A DNA stretch of 64,000 nt, from positions 1,672-65,671 of the forward strand of contig JAGCXA010000006.1 in the NCBI GenBank assembly GCA_017961575.1. Direction: 5' to 3'. Each line of letters begins with the position of its first letter. Position 1 is the stretch's first letter. Source of the DNA: Clostridia bacterium. GTDB taxonomy: Bacteria > Bacillota > Clostridia > Oscillospirales > CAG-272. The notes beneath the pieces are model-generated. The model had not been told where the DNA came from, did no database searches, and saw nothing but the letters and a program-made list of their open reading frames with translations. Positions 8,969 to 17,680 of the stretch are shown here, one piece after another. Position numbers and translations under genes: made by a program.

Positions 8969-9006
8969 TGGCGGGGGTCGATGGAGTTCCGACGGCGGGG
9001 GTCGAC
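8968..9006 (-). other. two degenerate copies of the tRNA-Leu(CAA) T-arm/3' segment
   Basis: Plus-strand GTGGCGGGGGTCGA (8968..8981, 14/14 match to tRNA 9192..9205 region) and GGCGGGGGTCGA (8994..9005); same orientation as the tRNA. Cannot fold as a T-arm. Confidence 0.6.
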
Positions 9007-9120
9007 GCGCGCTCCGTTTGGAGCGCGCTACCCGCTGTTCTCGCCCGAAACAGCAAAAGGGGGGACTTTATAGGATGGCGAGAACTTGGAATATGCACCG
9101 CGCCGCGGTGCATATTCGGC

Positions 9121-9137
9121 GGGTTCGACGCCGAACG
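9121..9137. repeat. 17-nt direct repeat copy 2 (GGGTTCGACGCCGAACG)
   Basis: Identical to 8952..8968. Confidence 0.9.
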
Positions 9138-9142
9138 GCGTC

Positions 9143-9194
9143 GGCACCAACAGAAGAGGGCGTCCCATACGGGGCGCCCTCTTCTGTTGGTGCC
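9143..9194 (-). other. 24-bp-stem hairpin that includes the last 7 nt (GGCACCA) of tRNA-Leu(CAA)
   Basis: GGCACCAACAGAAGAGGGCG(T)CCC-ATAC-GGG(G)CGCCCTCTTCTGTTGGTGCC; no U-tract follows on either strand. Confidence 0.85.
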
Positions 9195-9275
9195 GGTGGC
9201 GGGGGTCGAACCCGCACGGGCTGTTAACCCAAAGGATTTTGAGTCCTCCTCGTCTGCCAATTCCAACACACCGGC
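9188..9275 (-). tRNA. tRNA-Leu (anticodon CAA), CCA encoded
   Basis: Minus strand GCCGGTG..GAGGA-CTCAAAA-TCCTT..long variable arm..GCGGG-TTCGACC-CCCGC-CACCGGC-A-CCA; cloverleaf folds by hand. Confidence 0.9.
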
Positions 9276-9285
9276 TTGCTTGGAT

Positions 9286-9314
9286 ATTATAGCACGGGGC
9301 AGGGGGAAAGTCAA
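9286..9314 (-). promoter_or_regulatory. sigma-A promoter of tRNA-Leu(CAA)
   Basis: -35 TTGACT (9314..9309), 17 nt, GTGCTATAAT (9295..9286); 10 nt before tRNA position 1. Confidence 0.65.
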
Positions 9315-9396
9315 GCATAGACGAGAAAAAACCATTTGTTCGTCCTCTGCGTTTTTTCCTCGCGTTTTTCTTTTCGTGCATTTGTCACTTTATATA

Positions 9397-9426
9397 TTGA
9401 CATTTGACACGAATGTATGCTATACT
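9397..9426 (+). promoter_or_regulatory. sigma-A promoter of HTH-kinase gene
   Basis: -35 TTGACA (9397..9402), 18 nt, -10 TATACT (9421..9426). Confidence 0.5.
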
Positions 9427-9457
9427 GTTTGCGATATTTACGACGGAGGACTTTACC

Positions 9458-10867
9458 ATGGAATATATCGAAGTCCGCGAGGCGGCTGCAAAATGGTCGG
9501 TTCTGGAACGCCGGGTGACGGCGCTCTGCCGTAACGGCAGGATCCCCGGGGCGAAAAAGGTCGGGAAACTCTGGCTGATCCCGAACGACGTCGAAAAGCC
9601 GCTCGATAAGCGGACGAGGGAGTACCGCGACGGCGAAGAGACGCCGATCGAGCAAAGGGAGACCGTGACGCGCTATACCGAGGTCGGGGCGGGGAAGAAC
9701 GCCGTCGCGAACTTCGAGCGTATCTACCGCAAGTCGCCCGAACACGTCGCGTTCACCCCCTACCGGGTTTGCCCGCTCGGGGCGCACGTCGACCATCAGA
9801 ACGGCTGGATCACGGGGTTTGCCATCGACAAGGGGATCCATATCGCCTACGGACCGAAGATGAACGGCGTGATCGAGATCGCGTCGCTCCAATTCCCGAA
9901 GCGGGCGCAATGGCACGTTCTCTCGACCCCGGCGGAAAAGCAGAACGACTGGGCGGACCATCTGCGCGGCGCGACCATCGCTCTGAACCGGCGGTATCCG
10001 CTCCGGATCGGGCTTTGCGCCGTGATCGACGGGGAACTCCCGATCGGGGGGCTTTCCTCGTCTGCGTCGGTCATCATCACTTTCCTGTCGGCGCTCTGCC
10101 GCCTGAACGGGATCCGCCTGACCGCGCCCGAGATGATCTCGATCTCGAAGGAGGCGGAGAACCGCTACGTCGGCGTTTCCTGCGGGAAACTCGATCAGAG
10201 CTGCGAGATCTACTGCCGGAAGGATCATCTGCTCTATATGGATCTTCTGACCGATAAGGCGGAGTTGATCCCAAACGCCCCGTCGATGCCGCCGTTTTCC
10301 GTCGCGATCTTCTTCTCGGGGCTTGAACGGTCGCTCGCCGGATCGAAGTTCAATATGCGCGTCGACGAGTGCCGCTCCGCCGCCTACGCCGTCAAGGCGT
10401 TTGCGGGAATGGAATACGGCAAATTCGAGGAAACTTATCTGCGCGACGTTCCCTACGAGGTCTTCGTCCGTTACCGCGACCGCCTGCCCGAAAACTGGGC
10501 GAAGCGCGCCGCGCATTGGTACGGCGAGGTCGATCGGGTCAAACGGGGCGCCGAAGCGTGGCGGCGGGGCGACTTTGCGGAGTTCGGTCGGCTCTCGTTT
10601 GAGAGCGGGCGCAGTTCGATCGAACTCTGGGAGACCGGCTCGCCCGAACTGATTGCGCTCTACGAGATTATGAGAGAAACCGACGGCATCTGGGGCGGTC
10701 GGTTCTCCGGCGCGGGATTCAAGGGGTGCTGTATGGCGCTGATCGACCCCGAAAAAAAGGACGAGATCTTCTCGCGCGTCGAGCGTGAATACCTTAAACG
10801 CTTTCCGCGTCTCGCGGACAAATACAGCGCCCACCTCTGCCATACGGCGGACGGCGTGCGTCTCTGA
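9458..10867 (+). CDS. HTH (excisionase/MerR-like) domain fused to GHMP sugar-1-kinase, galacturonokinase (GalAK)-like
   Basis: 469 aa from ATG 9458 (GGAGGA RBS). N-terminus [42 protein letters not shown]; kinase motifs [36 protein letters not shown]. Confidence 0.75.
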   Translation: MEYIEVREAAAKWSVLERRVTALCRNGRIPGAKKVGKLWLIPNDVEKPLDKRTREYRDGEETPIEQRETVTRYTEVGAGKNAVANFERIYRKSPEHVAFTPYRVCPLGAHVDHQNGWITGFAIDKGIHIAYGPKMNGVIEIASLQFPKRAQWHVLSTPAEKQNDWADHLRGATIALNRRYPLRIGLCAVIDGELPIGGLSSSASVIITFLSALCRLNGIRLTAPEMISISKEAENRYVGVSCGKLDQSCEIYCRKDHLLYMDLLTDKAELIPNAPSMPPFSVAIFFSGLERSLAGSKFNMRVDECRSAAYAVKAFAGMEYGKFEETYLRDVPYEVFVRYRDRLPENWAKRAAHWYGEVDRVKRGAEAWRRGDFAEFGRLSFESGRSSIELWETGSPELIALYEIMRETDGIWGGRFSGAGFKGCCMALIDPEKKDEIFSRVEREYLKRFPRLADKYSAHLCHTADGVRL

Positions 10868-10887
10868 TAAGAAAGGATAAAAAAAGA

Positions 10888-12072
10888 ATGAAGATTGCAG
10901 TTGCCGGAATGGGCTACGTCGGACTCTCGCTCGCGGTCTTGCTCTCCAAAAAGAACGAGGTGACGGCGGTCGATATCAACGCGGAGCGGGTGGAACTCGT
11001 CGGACAGGGGAAAAGCCCGATCCGCGACCCCGAGATCGAATCCGCGCTCGCCCGCGGCGGGCTGAACCTGACCGCCACGACCGACGGAGACGCCGCCTAT
11101 CGCGACGCCGATTTCGTCGTCGTTTCGACCCCGACCAACTACGACGAGAAAAAGAACTATTTTGACACCTCGTCGGTCGAGTCGGTGATCCGGCAGGTGA
11201 TCGCCGTCAATCCCGCCGCCGTGATCGTCATCAAATCGACCGTCCCCGTCGGCTATACCGAGGAGATCCGCGCCTCGCTCTCCTGCGACAACATCCTGTT
11301 CAGCCCCGAATTCCTCCGTGAAGGAAAGGCGCTCTACGACAACCTGTATCCGAGCCGGATCATCGTCGGCGTGCCGATGAAAAACGCCCGTCTCCGCCGT
11401 GAAGCCGAGCGTTTCGCCGCCCTTCTTATCGAGGGGGCGGAGAAGGAGAATATCGAGGTGCGCTATATGAACCCGACCGAGGCGGAGGCGGTCAAACTCT
11501 TCTCGAACACCTATCTTGCGCTCCGCGTCAGTTTCTTCAACGAACTCGACACCTACGCCGCGATGCGCGGGCTCGACGCGCGCTCGATCATCGAGGGGGT
11601 CGGACTCGATCCCCGGATCGGTTCGCACTACAACAACCCGTCGTTCGGCTACGGCGGCTACTGCCTGCCGAAGGATACCAAGCAGCTGCTCGCCAATTAC
11701 CGCGACGTGCCGCAGAACCTGATCTCCGCCATCGTCGAAGCCAACCGGACGCGCAAGGACTTCATCGCCGAGCAGATCGTTTCGCGCGATCCCGGCGTCG
11801 TCGGCATCTACCGGCTCACGATGAAGGAGGGAAGCGACAATTTCCGCCATTCGTCGGTGCAGGGCGTGATGAAGCGGATCCAGGCGAAGGGGATCGACGT
11901 CGTGGTCTACGAACCGACGATGAAGGAAGATACCTTCTTCCGTTGCCGCGTGATCCGCGATCTCGACGAGTTCAAGCGGACGGCGGACGTGATCCTCGCC
12001 AACCGTTCCCACCCGGACCTTTCCGACGTGTCGGAAAAGGTCTATACGCGCGATCTCTATTTCCGCGACTGA
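10888..12072 (+). CDS. ugd: UDP-glucose 6-dehydrogenase
   Basis: 394 aa; Rossmann [12 protein letters not shown] and catalytic-Cys motif [10 protein letters not shown]. Confidence 0.9.
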   Translation: MKIAVAGMGYVGLSLAVLLSKKNEVTAVDINAERVELVGQGKSPIRDPEIESALARGGLNLTATTDGDAAYRDADFVVVSTPTNYDEKKNYFDTSSVESVIRQVIAVNPAAVIVIKSTVPVGYTEEIRASLSCDNILFSPEFLREGKALYDNLYPSRIIVGVPMKNARLRREAERFAALLIEGAEKENIEVRYMNPTEAEAVKLFSNTYLALRVSFFNELDTYAAMRGLDARSIIEGVGLDPRIGSHYNNPSFGYGGYCLPKDTKQLLANYRDVPQNLISAIVEANRTRKDFIAEQIVSRDPGVVGIYRLTMKEGSDNFRHSSVQGVMKRIQAKGIDVVVYEPTMKEDTFFRCRVIRDLDEFKRTADVILANRSHPDLSDVSEKVYTRDLYFRD

Positions 12073-12123
12073 TAGGGGCGCGACGCGCGCGCCCGCCGTT
12101 TTTCGGAAAACGCGGCGAAGGTC

Positions 12124-12152
12124 TTGCAATTACGGAAAAGATAAGATATAAT
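12124..12152 (+). promoter_or_regulatory. sigma-A promoter of HAD-IIB gene
   Basis: -35 TTGCAA (12124..12129), 17 nt, -10 TATAAT (12147..12152). Confidence 0.5.
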
Positions 12153-12199
12153 AAAAAGGCGGGGATTACCCCGCGTGAATCCCTATAAGGTAACGAAAG

Positions 12200-12928
12200 A
12201 TGAAACTGATCGCCTTTGATCTCGACGGAACCCTGACGCAGCATAAGACCCCGCTTGAAGCCGGAAATCGGGCGTTTTTGTCTCTGCTCGCGGAGCAATA
12301 CCGCCTTTTGATGGTCGGCGCGGGCGACTGCGCGCGCATCGCCTCGCAGATGGGATATTTCCCGATCGAGATCCTCGGCAACTACGGGATGCAGTACGCG
12401 CGGGTCGACGGGACGGGAAAACTCGTCGTGCTGCGCGAGGAGACGGTCTACTGCGACCGCGAAAAGATCGCGGCGACGGTCGAGGAGTTGCGCCGCCGTT
12501 TCGGCTTTACCGTCTATCGCGGCGAATCGACCCTCTTTTTCCCGTCCGGGTGCGCGACCTTCCCGGTGCTCGGCACCGAAGCCACGCTGGAAGAGAAATT
12601 GGCGTTCGACCCCGACAAGACCCGCCGCCGGGCGCTGCTTTCCGAGGTGCGCGCCGCGTTTCCCGACTATGAAGTTTTCGTCGGCGGCGCGTCTTCCTTC
12701 GACCTTTCGCCCCGCCCATACAACAAGTACTACGCGCTCGTCCGGTTCTGCCGCGACAACGGCATTCCGTTCTCCGACGTGATCTACGTCGGGGACGATC
12801 CCGGAGAGGGCGGAAACGACGAACCGGTCTTCTCGGCGGGGATACCGTTCATCAAAATCGACGACTATCGGGCGCTGCCCGAAAAACTCGCCCGTCTTTT
12901 GCCCGCGTCGGCGGGCGCAACGCTCTGA
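12200..12928 (+). CDS. HAD-IIB family protein, eukaryote-type phosphomannomutase-like
   Basis: 242 aa; FDLDGTLT, VGAGDCARIASQMG, GDDPGEGGNDEPVF; collinear by eye with the PMM family. Mutase versus phosphatase not resolved. Confidence 0.65.
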   Translation: MKLIAFDLDGTLTQHKTPLEAGNRAFLSLLAEQYRLLMVGAGDCARIASQMGYFPIEILGNYGMQYARVDGTGKLVVLREETVYCDREKIAATVEELRRRFGFTVYRGESTLFFPSGCATFPVLGTEATLEEKLAFDPDKTRRRALLSEVRAAFPDYEVFVGGASSFDLSPRPYNKYYALVRFCRDNGIPFSDVIYVGDDPGEGGNDEPVFSAGIPFIKIDDYRALPEKLARLLPASAGATL

Positions 12929-12958
12929 TCGCACAAAGAAAAAGGAGAGATACGCAAT

Positions 12959-13492
12959 ATGGCAGACGATCGGTACGATCCGAACAAGAATTCGGACAAT
13001 TGGGACGAGGCGCCCAAGATCAATTGGGACGAAGTCCCGAAAAACGATTGGAGTTCCAATCAGACGAACGGCGGCGGATCGAACAACAACTATTACCGCC
13101 GGTATACGCCCCCGACCGACGGCGGACCCGGGAACGGCGGCGCGCCGGGCGGACAGCCGCAGCGTGACGCCGACGGTTCGACCTCCAAGATCCTGGGGAT
13201 CGTCGGGCTGATCGTGAACATCTGCGTCTGCCAGATCGCGGGGATCGTTCTCGGGATCATCGGATTCGTCAAGGCAAGGAAATCGGCGCGCGATCTCGGC
13301 TACGAGACCTCCGACGCGGCGACGGGACGGGTGCTCGGTATCGTGAATATCGTGCTCGGCGTCCTGATGATCGTTCTGTCGATCGCGATGACGGTTTTCT
13401 ATATCGCGTCCGGTATGTTCGACGAGATCTTTAAGGAAGTCGCGGGGGAAGGGGTCGAGACCTTCGTCTCTTCCGGCGTCTTCATCGCGTAA
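12959..13492 (+). CDS. DUF4190-type membrane protein with NWDE(A/V)PK repeats
   Basis: 177 aa; Gly/Pro/Asn-rich N-terminus, two TM segments (ILGIVGLIVNICVCQIAGIVLGIIGF...). Confidence 0.7.
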   Translation: MADDRYDPNKNSDNWDEAPKINWDEVPKNDWSSNQTNGGGSNNNYYRRYTPPTDGGPGNGGAPGGQPQRDADGSTSKILGIVGLIVNICVCQIAGIVLGIIGFVKARKSARDLGYETSDAATGRVLGIVNIVLGVLMIVLSIAMTVFYIASGMFDEIFKEVAGEGVETFVSSGVFIA

Positions 13493-13498
13493 AAGAAT

Positions 13499-13536
13499 CC
13501 GACCGTCGGTCAAAAACCGACGGTCGGTCTTTTTTT
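13499..13536. terminator. bidirectional terminator between convergent genes
   Basis: CCGACCGTCGG-TCAAAAA-CCGACGGTCGG with a T-run downstream and an A-run upstream. Confidence 0.7.
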
Positions 13537-13545
13537 GTTTCAGAG

Positions 13546-13977
13546 TCACGAAAAATCGCCCGCGGAATCGATCCCGAATCCGACGAGAAGGATATTCCGC
13601 AAAAGGAAGAAGCCGACGAAAAGGACGAGCAGAGCGACCGTCCAGCCGCGCGAGATCCTGAACGCGAAGACGTCCCCGCGGAAAAAGGCGATCAGCGCAC
13701 GGACGTAAAAGACGAGTACGACGGGGAGCGAGACGAGAACGGCGGGGTTCACGCGGATCGCCGTCAAAAAATCGAGCCGAATAAGCGAGAGGACCGCGCG
13801 AGAACCGCCGCAGAACGGGCAATAAAGGTGCAGAAGATCGTGAAGCGGGCAGGTCACAACCGGCAAGCCCGCCGCGCGCAGTCGCCGGAAAAGGAAGAAA
13901 CAGCCGAGCCAGAACGCGAGAAGAGCGAGCGCGGTCAGATGGAAAAACAGAAACGATCGGTAACGCTTGCGTTCCAT
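13546..13977 (-). CDS. DUF2752 family membrane protein
   Basis: 143 aa; CPLHDLLHLYCPFCGGSRA motif plus TM helices. Confidence 0.7.
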   Translation of the reverse strand: MERKRYRSFLFFHLTALALLAFWLGCFFLFRRLRAAGLPVVTCPLHDLLHLYCPFCGGSRAVLSLIRLDFLTAIRVNPAVLVSLPVVLVFYVRALIAFFRGDVFAFRISRGWTVALLVLFVGFFLLRNILLVGFGIDSAGDFS

Positions 13978-14022
13978 TTTGCTCCCCTCTCCGACAAAAA
14001 ATGTGAAAAATGCGTTTTCCTA

Positions 14023-14051
14023 TTGAAAAACCGCGCGCAAACGGTTATAAT
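14023..14051 (+). promoter_or_regulatory. sigma-A promoter of YegP-like gene
   Basis: -35 TTGAAA (14023..14028), 17 nt, -10 TATAAT (14046..14051). Confidence 0.5.
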
Positions 14052-14117
14052 TGAATATAGTATATCACCATCCGGCGTAAAAAGCAAGACGCCGGGATCG
14101 AAAGGAGGGGACGAACC

Positions 14118-14720
14118 GTGGGCAGTTTCGTTATGAGACGGGTGAAGGACGGATTCGTTTTTCAACTCTACGCGCCGAACCGACTGATCCTTTCGACGTC
14201 CCCCGTCTACATCACCGAGGATGCGTGCAAGAAGGGGATCCTGACGGTCATCGAGCAGGCGAAGAACGCCGGCGAGGCGGATCTGACCGACGCCGGCACC
14301 CCTTTGCCGAAGGCGCCGCGGTACGAGATCCTGCGCGACGCGACCGGATCCTACCGTTTTCGTCTGCGCGCCAAGAAGGGGGACGTGATCCTGACCTCCT
14401 CCGCCTACTCCGACGCGACGCTCGCCGCGCTCGGGATCGGAATGGTGCGCGAGAACGTCGAGGACGCCCGCACCTACGTCTGGAAGAACGGGGAAGTGGT
14501 TCTCCTGAACCTGCTTCGCCGCGAGAAAAAGAACAAGAAAAAGCCGGGGCGTACCCCCGACGTCGCCGAACTGACGATCTACACCGACCGCCCCCTGATG
14601 ACCGAGGCGGACAAGGAAAACGGCGGCGCCGCCGCCCGACCGGAGAACACCGGAGAGGCAAACGAAGCCGCCGCGAAGACCGAGCCGACCGAGCCGGTCG
14701 CCGATCGGACGGAGGAGTAA
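14118..14720 (+). CDS. YegP/DUF1508 tandem-domain protein with charged C-terminal tail
   Basis: 200 aa; GTG start 7 nt after AAAGGAGGGG; two copies of F(xx)L(x)A(x)N(x)(x)I..S..Y-type DUF1508 units (FVFQLYAPNRLILSTSPVY; YRFRLRAKKGDVILTSSAY). Confidence 0.7.
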   Translation: MGSFVMRRVKDGFVFQLYAPNRLILSTSPVYITEDACKKGILTVIEQAKNAGEADLTDAGTPLPKAPRYEILRDATGSYRFRLRAKKGDVILTSSAYSDATLAALGIGMVRENVEDARTYVWKNGEVVLLNLLRREKKNKKKPGRTPDVAELTIYTDRPLMTEADKENGGAAARPENTGEANEAAAKTEPTEPVADRTEE

Positions 14721-15461
14721 TTACGCCGTTTCGGTTTCGCGCGCGCCAAGCACGCGATCCATTTCGTCCTGGATACGCGAACGGACAAGTTCGCAGAGTT
14801 CCGCGCGGGTCAGCGACTCATACTCGGAATAGGGGATCGGTTTGAGATACCTGATCTCGGTCACGACCCGCCCGAAGACGCGGTTGGAGTTCATCGATTT
14901 CCACGAATCGATCAGAACGACGGGAACGACGGGACATTTCGCGATCATCGCGCTGTAAAAGCAGCCGTCGTGGAATTCTTGCAGGGTGTTCCTGTTTTTC
15001 CCCCATTTCCCTTCGGGGAAGACGAGAAAGACCCGTCCCTTGTCGCGCACTTCCTCGCCGAGCTGACGGAGACATTTGACCTGCTGCCGCGGGCGGTGCT
15101 GGTCGATGCGGATCCCGTCGAGCAGGTCGACCGCTTCGTTGGTCGAGAAGACGTGCGAACTGTTGATCTCGATCAGAACCGAGCAGGGCTCTTTGCGATA
15201 GGAAAGGACGCCGATCGCGTCGTATTTTCCCTGATGGTTGGCGTACATAATGTAGCCGCCCTCGGTCGGAAGGTTCTCTTCCCCCGTGATCACCGACTCG
15301 GTTTTCGCCTTCTTGCGCAGATAGGTCACCATTTTCTGCACGTGGCGGAAGCGGAACAGTTCGTCGTACTTTTCACGGTGACGGTGATAGTATTTCGCCT
15401 GAAACACCATCCGGAGCATCTTGAAGAAACTCTTGACGACGACGAGTCTGAAACGAAGCAT
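14721..15461 (-). CDS. 1-acyl-sn-glycerol-3-phosphate acyltransferase family (PlsC-like)
   Basis: 246 aa; HX4D motif NHQGKYD and FPEG motif. Confidence 0.75.
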   Translation of the reverse strand: MLRFRLVVVKSFFKMLRMVFQAKYYHRHREKYDELFRFRHVQKMVTYLRKKAKTESVITGEENLPTEGGYIMYANHQGKYDAIGVLSYRKEPCSVLIEINSSHVFSTNEAVDLLDGIRIDQHRPRQQVKCLRQLGEEVRDKGRVFLVFPEGKWGKNRNTLQEFHDGCFYSAMIAKCPVVPVVLIDSWKSMNSNRVFGRVVTEIRYLKPIPYSEYESLTRAELCELVRSRIQDEMDRVLGARETETA

Positions 15462-15593
15462 CGTAAACTCCCCACTTTCTTATTCTCGGTTGCAATTATA
15501 CTCCGCTTTATGAATTGAATATTAAGTCAGCAGGCATATCCGGATCCGCGCCCCAAAAGACGTATTAAACATCCGAAAGGAGAACGCGAATAA

Positions 15594-16652
15594 ATGAAGC
15601 ATATTTTTGTGATTAACCCCGCCGCCGGAAAAACCGATTCATCCGAGGAGATCATGCGCGCCGTTTCCGCCATCCCCGGTTATGAACTCGAGTTTTACGT
15701 CACGCAGGGACCGAGGGACGCCACGCGCTACGTGAAGACCTGGTTGGAGGAGCATTCCGACGAGCAGGCGCGCTTCTACGCCTGCGGCGGAGACGGCACT
15801 CTGAACGAGGTCGTGAACGGCGTCGTCGGACACGGGAACGGCTCGGTCGGCGTTTATCCTTCCGGGAGCGGCGACGATTTCGTGAAGTATTACGGCGGGC
15901 GGGATAAGTTCCTTGATTTCAAGAAACTGCTCGACGCGCCGGAGGACGAGATCGACCTTCTGACGATCGACAACGGAAAACCCGGCGAGTTCCGTTATTC
16001 CATCAACATCACCAACTTCGGTTTCGACACCACGGTCGCCAAGACGATGATCAAGGTCAAACGGAAAAAGATCATCGGCGGCAAGCGCGCCTACGTGACC
16101 GGCGTTTTGACCGGGCTCATCAAGGCGATGCGGAACAAGTGCGAGATCACCGCCGACGGCGAGCGCGTCGATACGAAGGGACGCATCCTGCTCTGCACAC
16201 TGGCGAACGGCGGATACGTCGGGGGCAGTTTCTTCTGCGCGCCCCGCGCCGATAACCACGACGGGCTGATCGAGGTCACGGCGTTCCGCCCCCTGTCCCG
16301 GATCACGTTCGTGCGGCTCTTGAAGTCCTACACCAACGGCACGCATCTTGACGACGCGCGCTTCAAAAAGTACATCACCTACCGCCGGGCGAAGGACGTG
16401 ACCGTCAAGGCGCCGGAGGGATTCTCGATGTCGGTCGACGGTGAGATCGTCGACGGAACCGAGTTCAAGATCGGCATCGTGCAGAAGGCGATCCGCTTCG
16501 CCGCGCCCGAGGGGTGCGTGCTGATCGCCGGACGGAGCGGGGAAACGGTCGGTTCCGCCCCCGTGAAGACCGAAACCCCCGCGGAGGAACCCCCGGTCGA
16601 GGAGGTCGCTCCCGTAAAAGAGACGGCAGCCGAGGAACCCGCGACCGTCTGA
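15594..16652 (+). CDS. diacylglycerol/lipid kinase family (YegS/DagK-like)
   Basis: 352 aa; VINPAAG and ACGGDGTLNEVVNG motifs. Confidence 0.8.
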   Translation: MKHIFVINPAAGKTDSSEEIMRAVSAIPGYELEFYVTQGPRDATRYVKTWLEEHSDEQARFYACGGDGTLNEVVNGVVGHGNGSVGVYPSGSGDDFVKYYGGRDKFLDFKKLLDAPEDEIDLLTIDNGKPGEFRYSINITNFGFDTTVAKTMIKVKRKKIIGGKRAYVTGVLTGLIKAMRNKCEITADGERVDTKGRILLCTLANGGYVGGSFFCAPRADNHDGLIEVTAFRPLSRITFVRLLKSYTNGTHLDDARFKKYITYRRAKDVTVKAPEGFSMSVDGEIVDGTEFKIGIVQKAIRFAAPEGCVLIAGRSGETVGSAPVKTETPAEEPPVEEVAPVKETAAEEPATV

Positions 16653-16668
16653 TACAAGTGCAAACGCC

Positions 16669-16707
16669 GTCCGGGCGGGTCGAATTTCGACCCGCCCGGA
16701 CTCTTTT
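16669..16707 (+). terminator. terminator of lipid kinase gene
   Basis: Palindrome GTCCGGGCGGGTCGAA-T-TTCGACCCGCCCGGAC then TCTTTT. Confidence 0.7.
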
Positions 16708-16769
16708 CCAAAGGGAACGGAAAACCGTATAAAAAAGGGACGGGCGCGATCATCGCGCCCGTTCTTTTA

Positions 16770-17621
16770 TTATTTTCCGGAGGTGTTCTTTTTCTGTACC
16801 CGTTCTCTTTCGGTGACGTGAACGTCGATCTGCTGGAACGGGATCTTGATCCCGGCGGCGTCGAGCGCCGTTTTTCCTTCCTCCACGAGATCGAAGTAGG
16901 TCGGCCAGTAGTCGGCGCTCTTGACCCAGACGCGGACGATCAGTTCGACGGCGCTTTGTCCGTTCGTCATCACGCGCACCGTCGGCGCGGGGTCTTTTAA
17001 GACCGTCTTTTTCTTTTTGCAGAGTTCAAGCAGCAGTTTCTGCGCGTGCGGTCTGTCGTCGCTGTATCCGATGGGGAAGGTGAGGTCGATCCGGCGCGTG
17101 TCTTTGGCGGAATAGTTGACGACGACGGCGGACGACGCGGTTCCGTTCGGCACGATCACGACCTTGTTGTCGGGGGTGCGAAGGCGGGTGGACACGAGAC
17201 GGATGTCCTCGACGGTCCCCGAATACCCCGCGACCTCGATATAATCGTCGAGGCGGAAGGGACGGGTGACGATGATCAGGACGCCGCCCGCGATGTTTCC
17301 GAGCGCGCCGTTGACGGCAAGACCGATCGTGACGCCCCCGGCGGCGAGCAGAGCGGCAAGCCCCGACGTGTCGACCCCGACGTAAGCGACGAGCGCGGCG
17401 GCAATCAGGATCTTGATCACGATCCGCACGACGTAGTTGATCGTCCGCGAAACGGTCTTGTCGACCTTGCCTTTCTTCTCGGAACGGCGCTGGATCACGC
17501 GGAAAATGAGATTGACGACCCGGAACGAAACGAAGAGGACGATCAGCGCGATCGCGATCCGAAGCCCCTGCGTTTTCGTCCACTCCCAGATGACCGATTT
17601 GATTTCTTCCCAAGTAGGCAT
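16770..17621 (-). CDS. mscS: small-conductance mechanosensitive channel
   Basis: 283 aa; three N-terminal TM helices followed by the MscS beta-domain pattern (GTVEDIRLVSTRLRTPDNKVVIVPN). Confidence 0.8.
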   Translation of the reverse strand: MPTWEEIKSVIWEWTKTQGLRIAIALIVLFVSFRVVNLIFRVIQRRSEKKGKVDKTVSRTINYVVRIVIKILIAAALVAYVGVDTSGLAALLAAGGVTIGLAVNGALGNIAGGVLIIVTRPFRLDDYIEVAGYSGTVEDIRLVSTRLRTPDNKVVIVPNGTASSAVVVNYSAKDTRRIDLTFPIGYSDDRPHAQKLLLELCKKKKTVLKDPAPTVRVMTNGQSAVELIVRVWVKSADYWPTYFDLVEEGKTALDAAGIKIPFQQIDVHVTERERVQKKNTSGK

Positions 17622-17650
17622 ACCGTTCTCCTAACTGTTCTTTCCGGTTT

Positions 17651-17680
17651 ATTATACAACTTTCCGGTATGATTTGTCAA
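17651..17680 (-). promoter_or_regulatory. sigma-A promoter of mscS
   Basis: -35 TTGACA (17680..17675), 18 nt, -10 TATAAT (17656..17651). Confidence 0.5.

Noticed and set aside
8905-9150. A possible plus-strand tRNA or tmRNA ending in GTCGGCACCA, with GGTTCGA-like loops.
   Set aside because: No cloverleaf can be drawn, because the spacing between the T-arm and the acceptor is wrong and there is no anticodon arm. At about 245 nt it is too short for tmRNA, and there is no tag reading frame or GGGG...CCACCA acceptor pairing. The terminal ACCA is simply the complementary arm of the tRNA-Leu hairpin.
14718-14723. Stop codons of the convergent YegP-like and PlsC-like genes abut directly (TAA-TTA), with no intergenic terminator.
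   Set aside because: It is real but unremarkable in a compact genome. It offers no testable functional implication beyond possible transcriptional interference.
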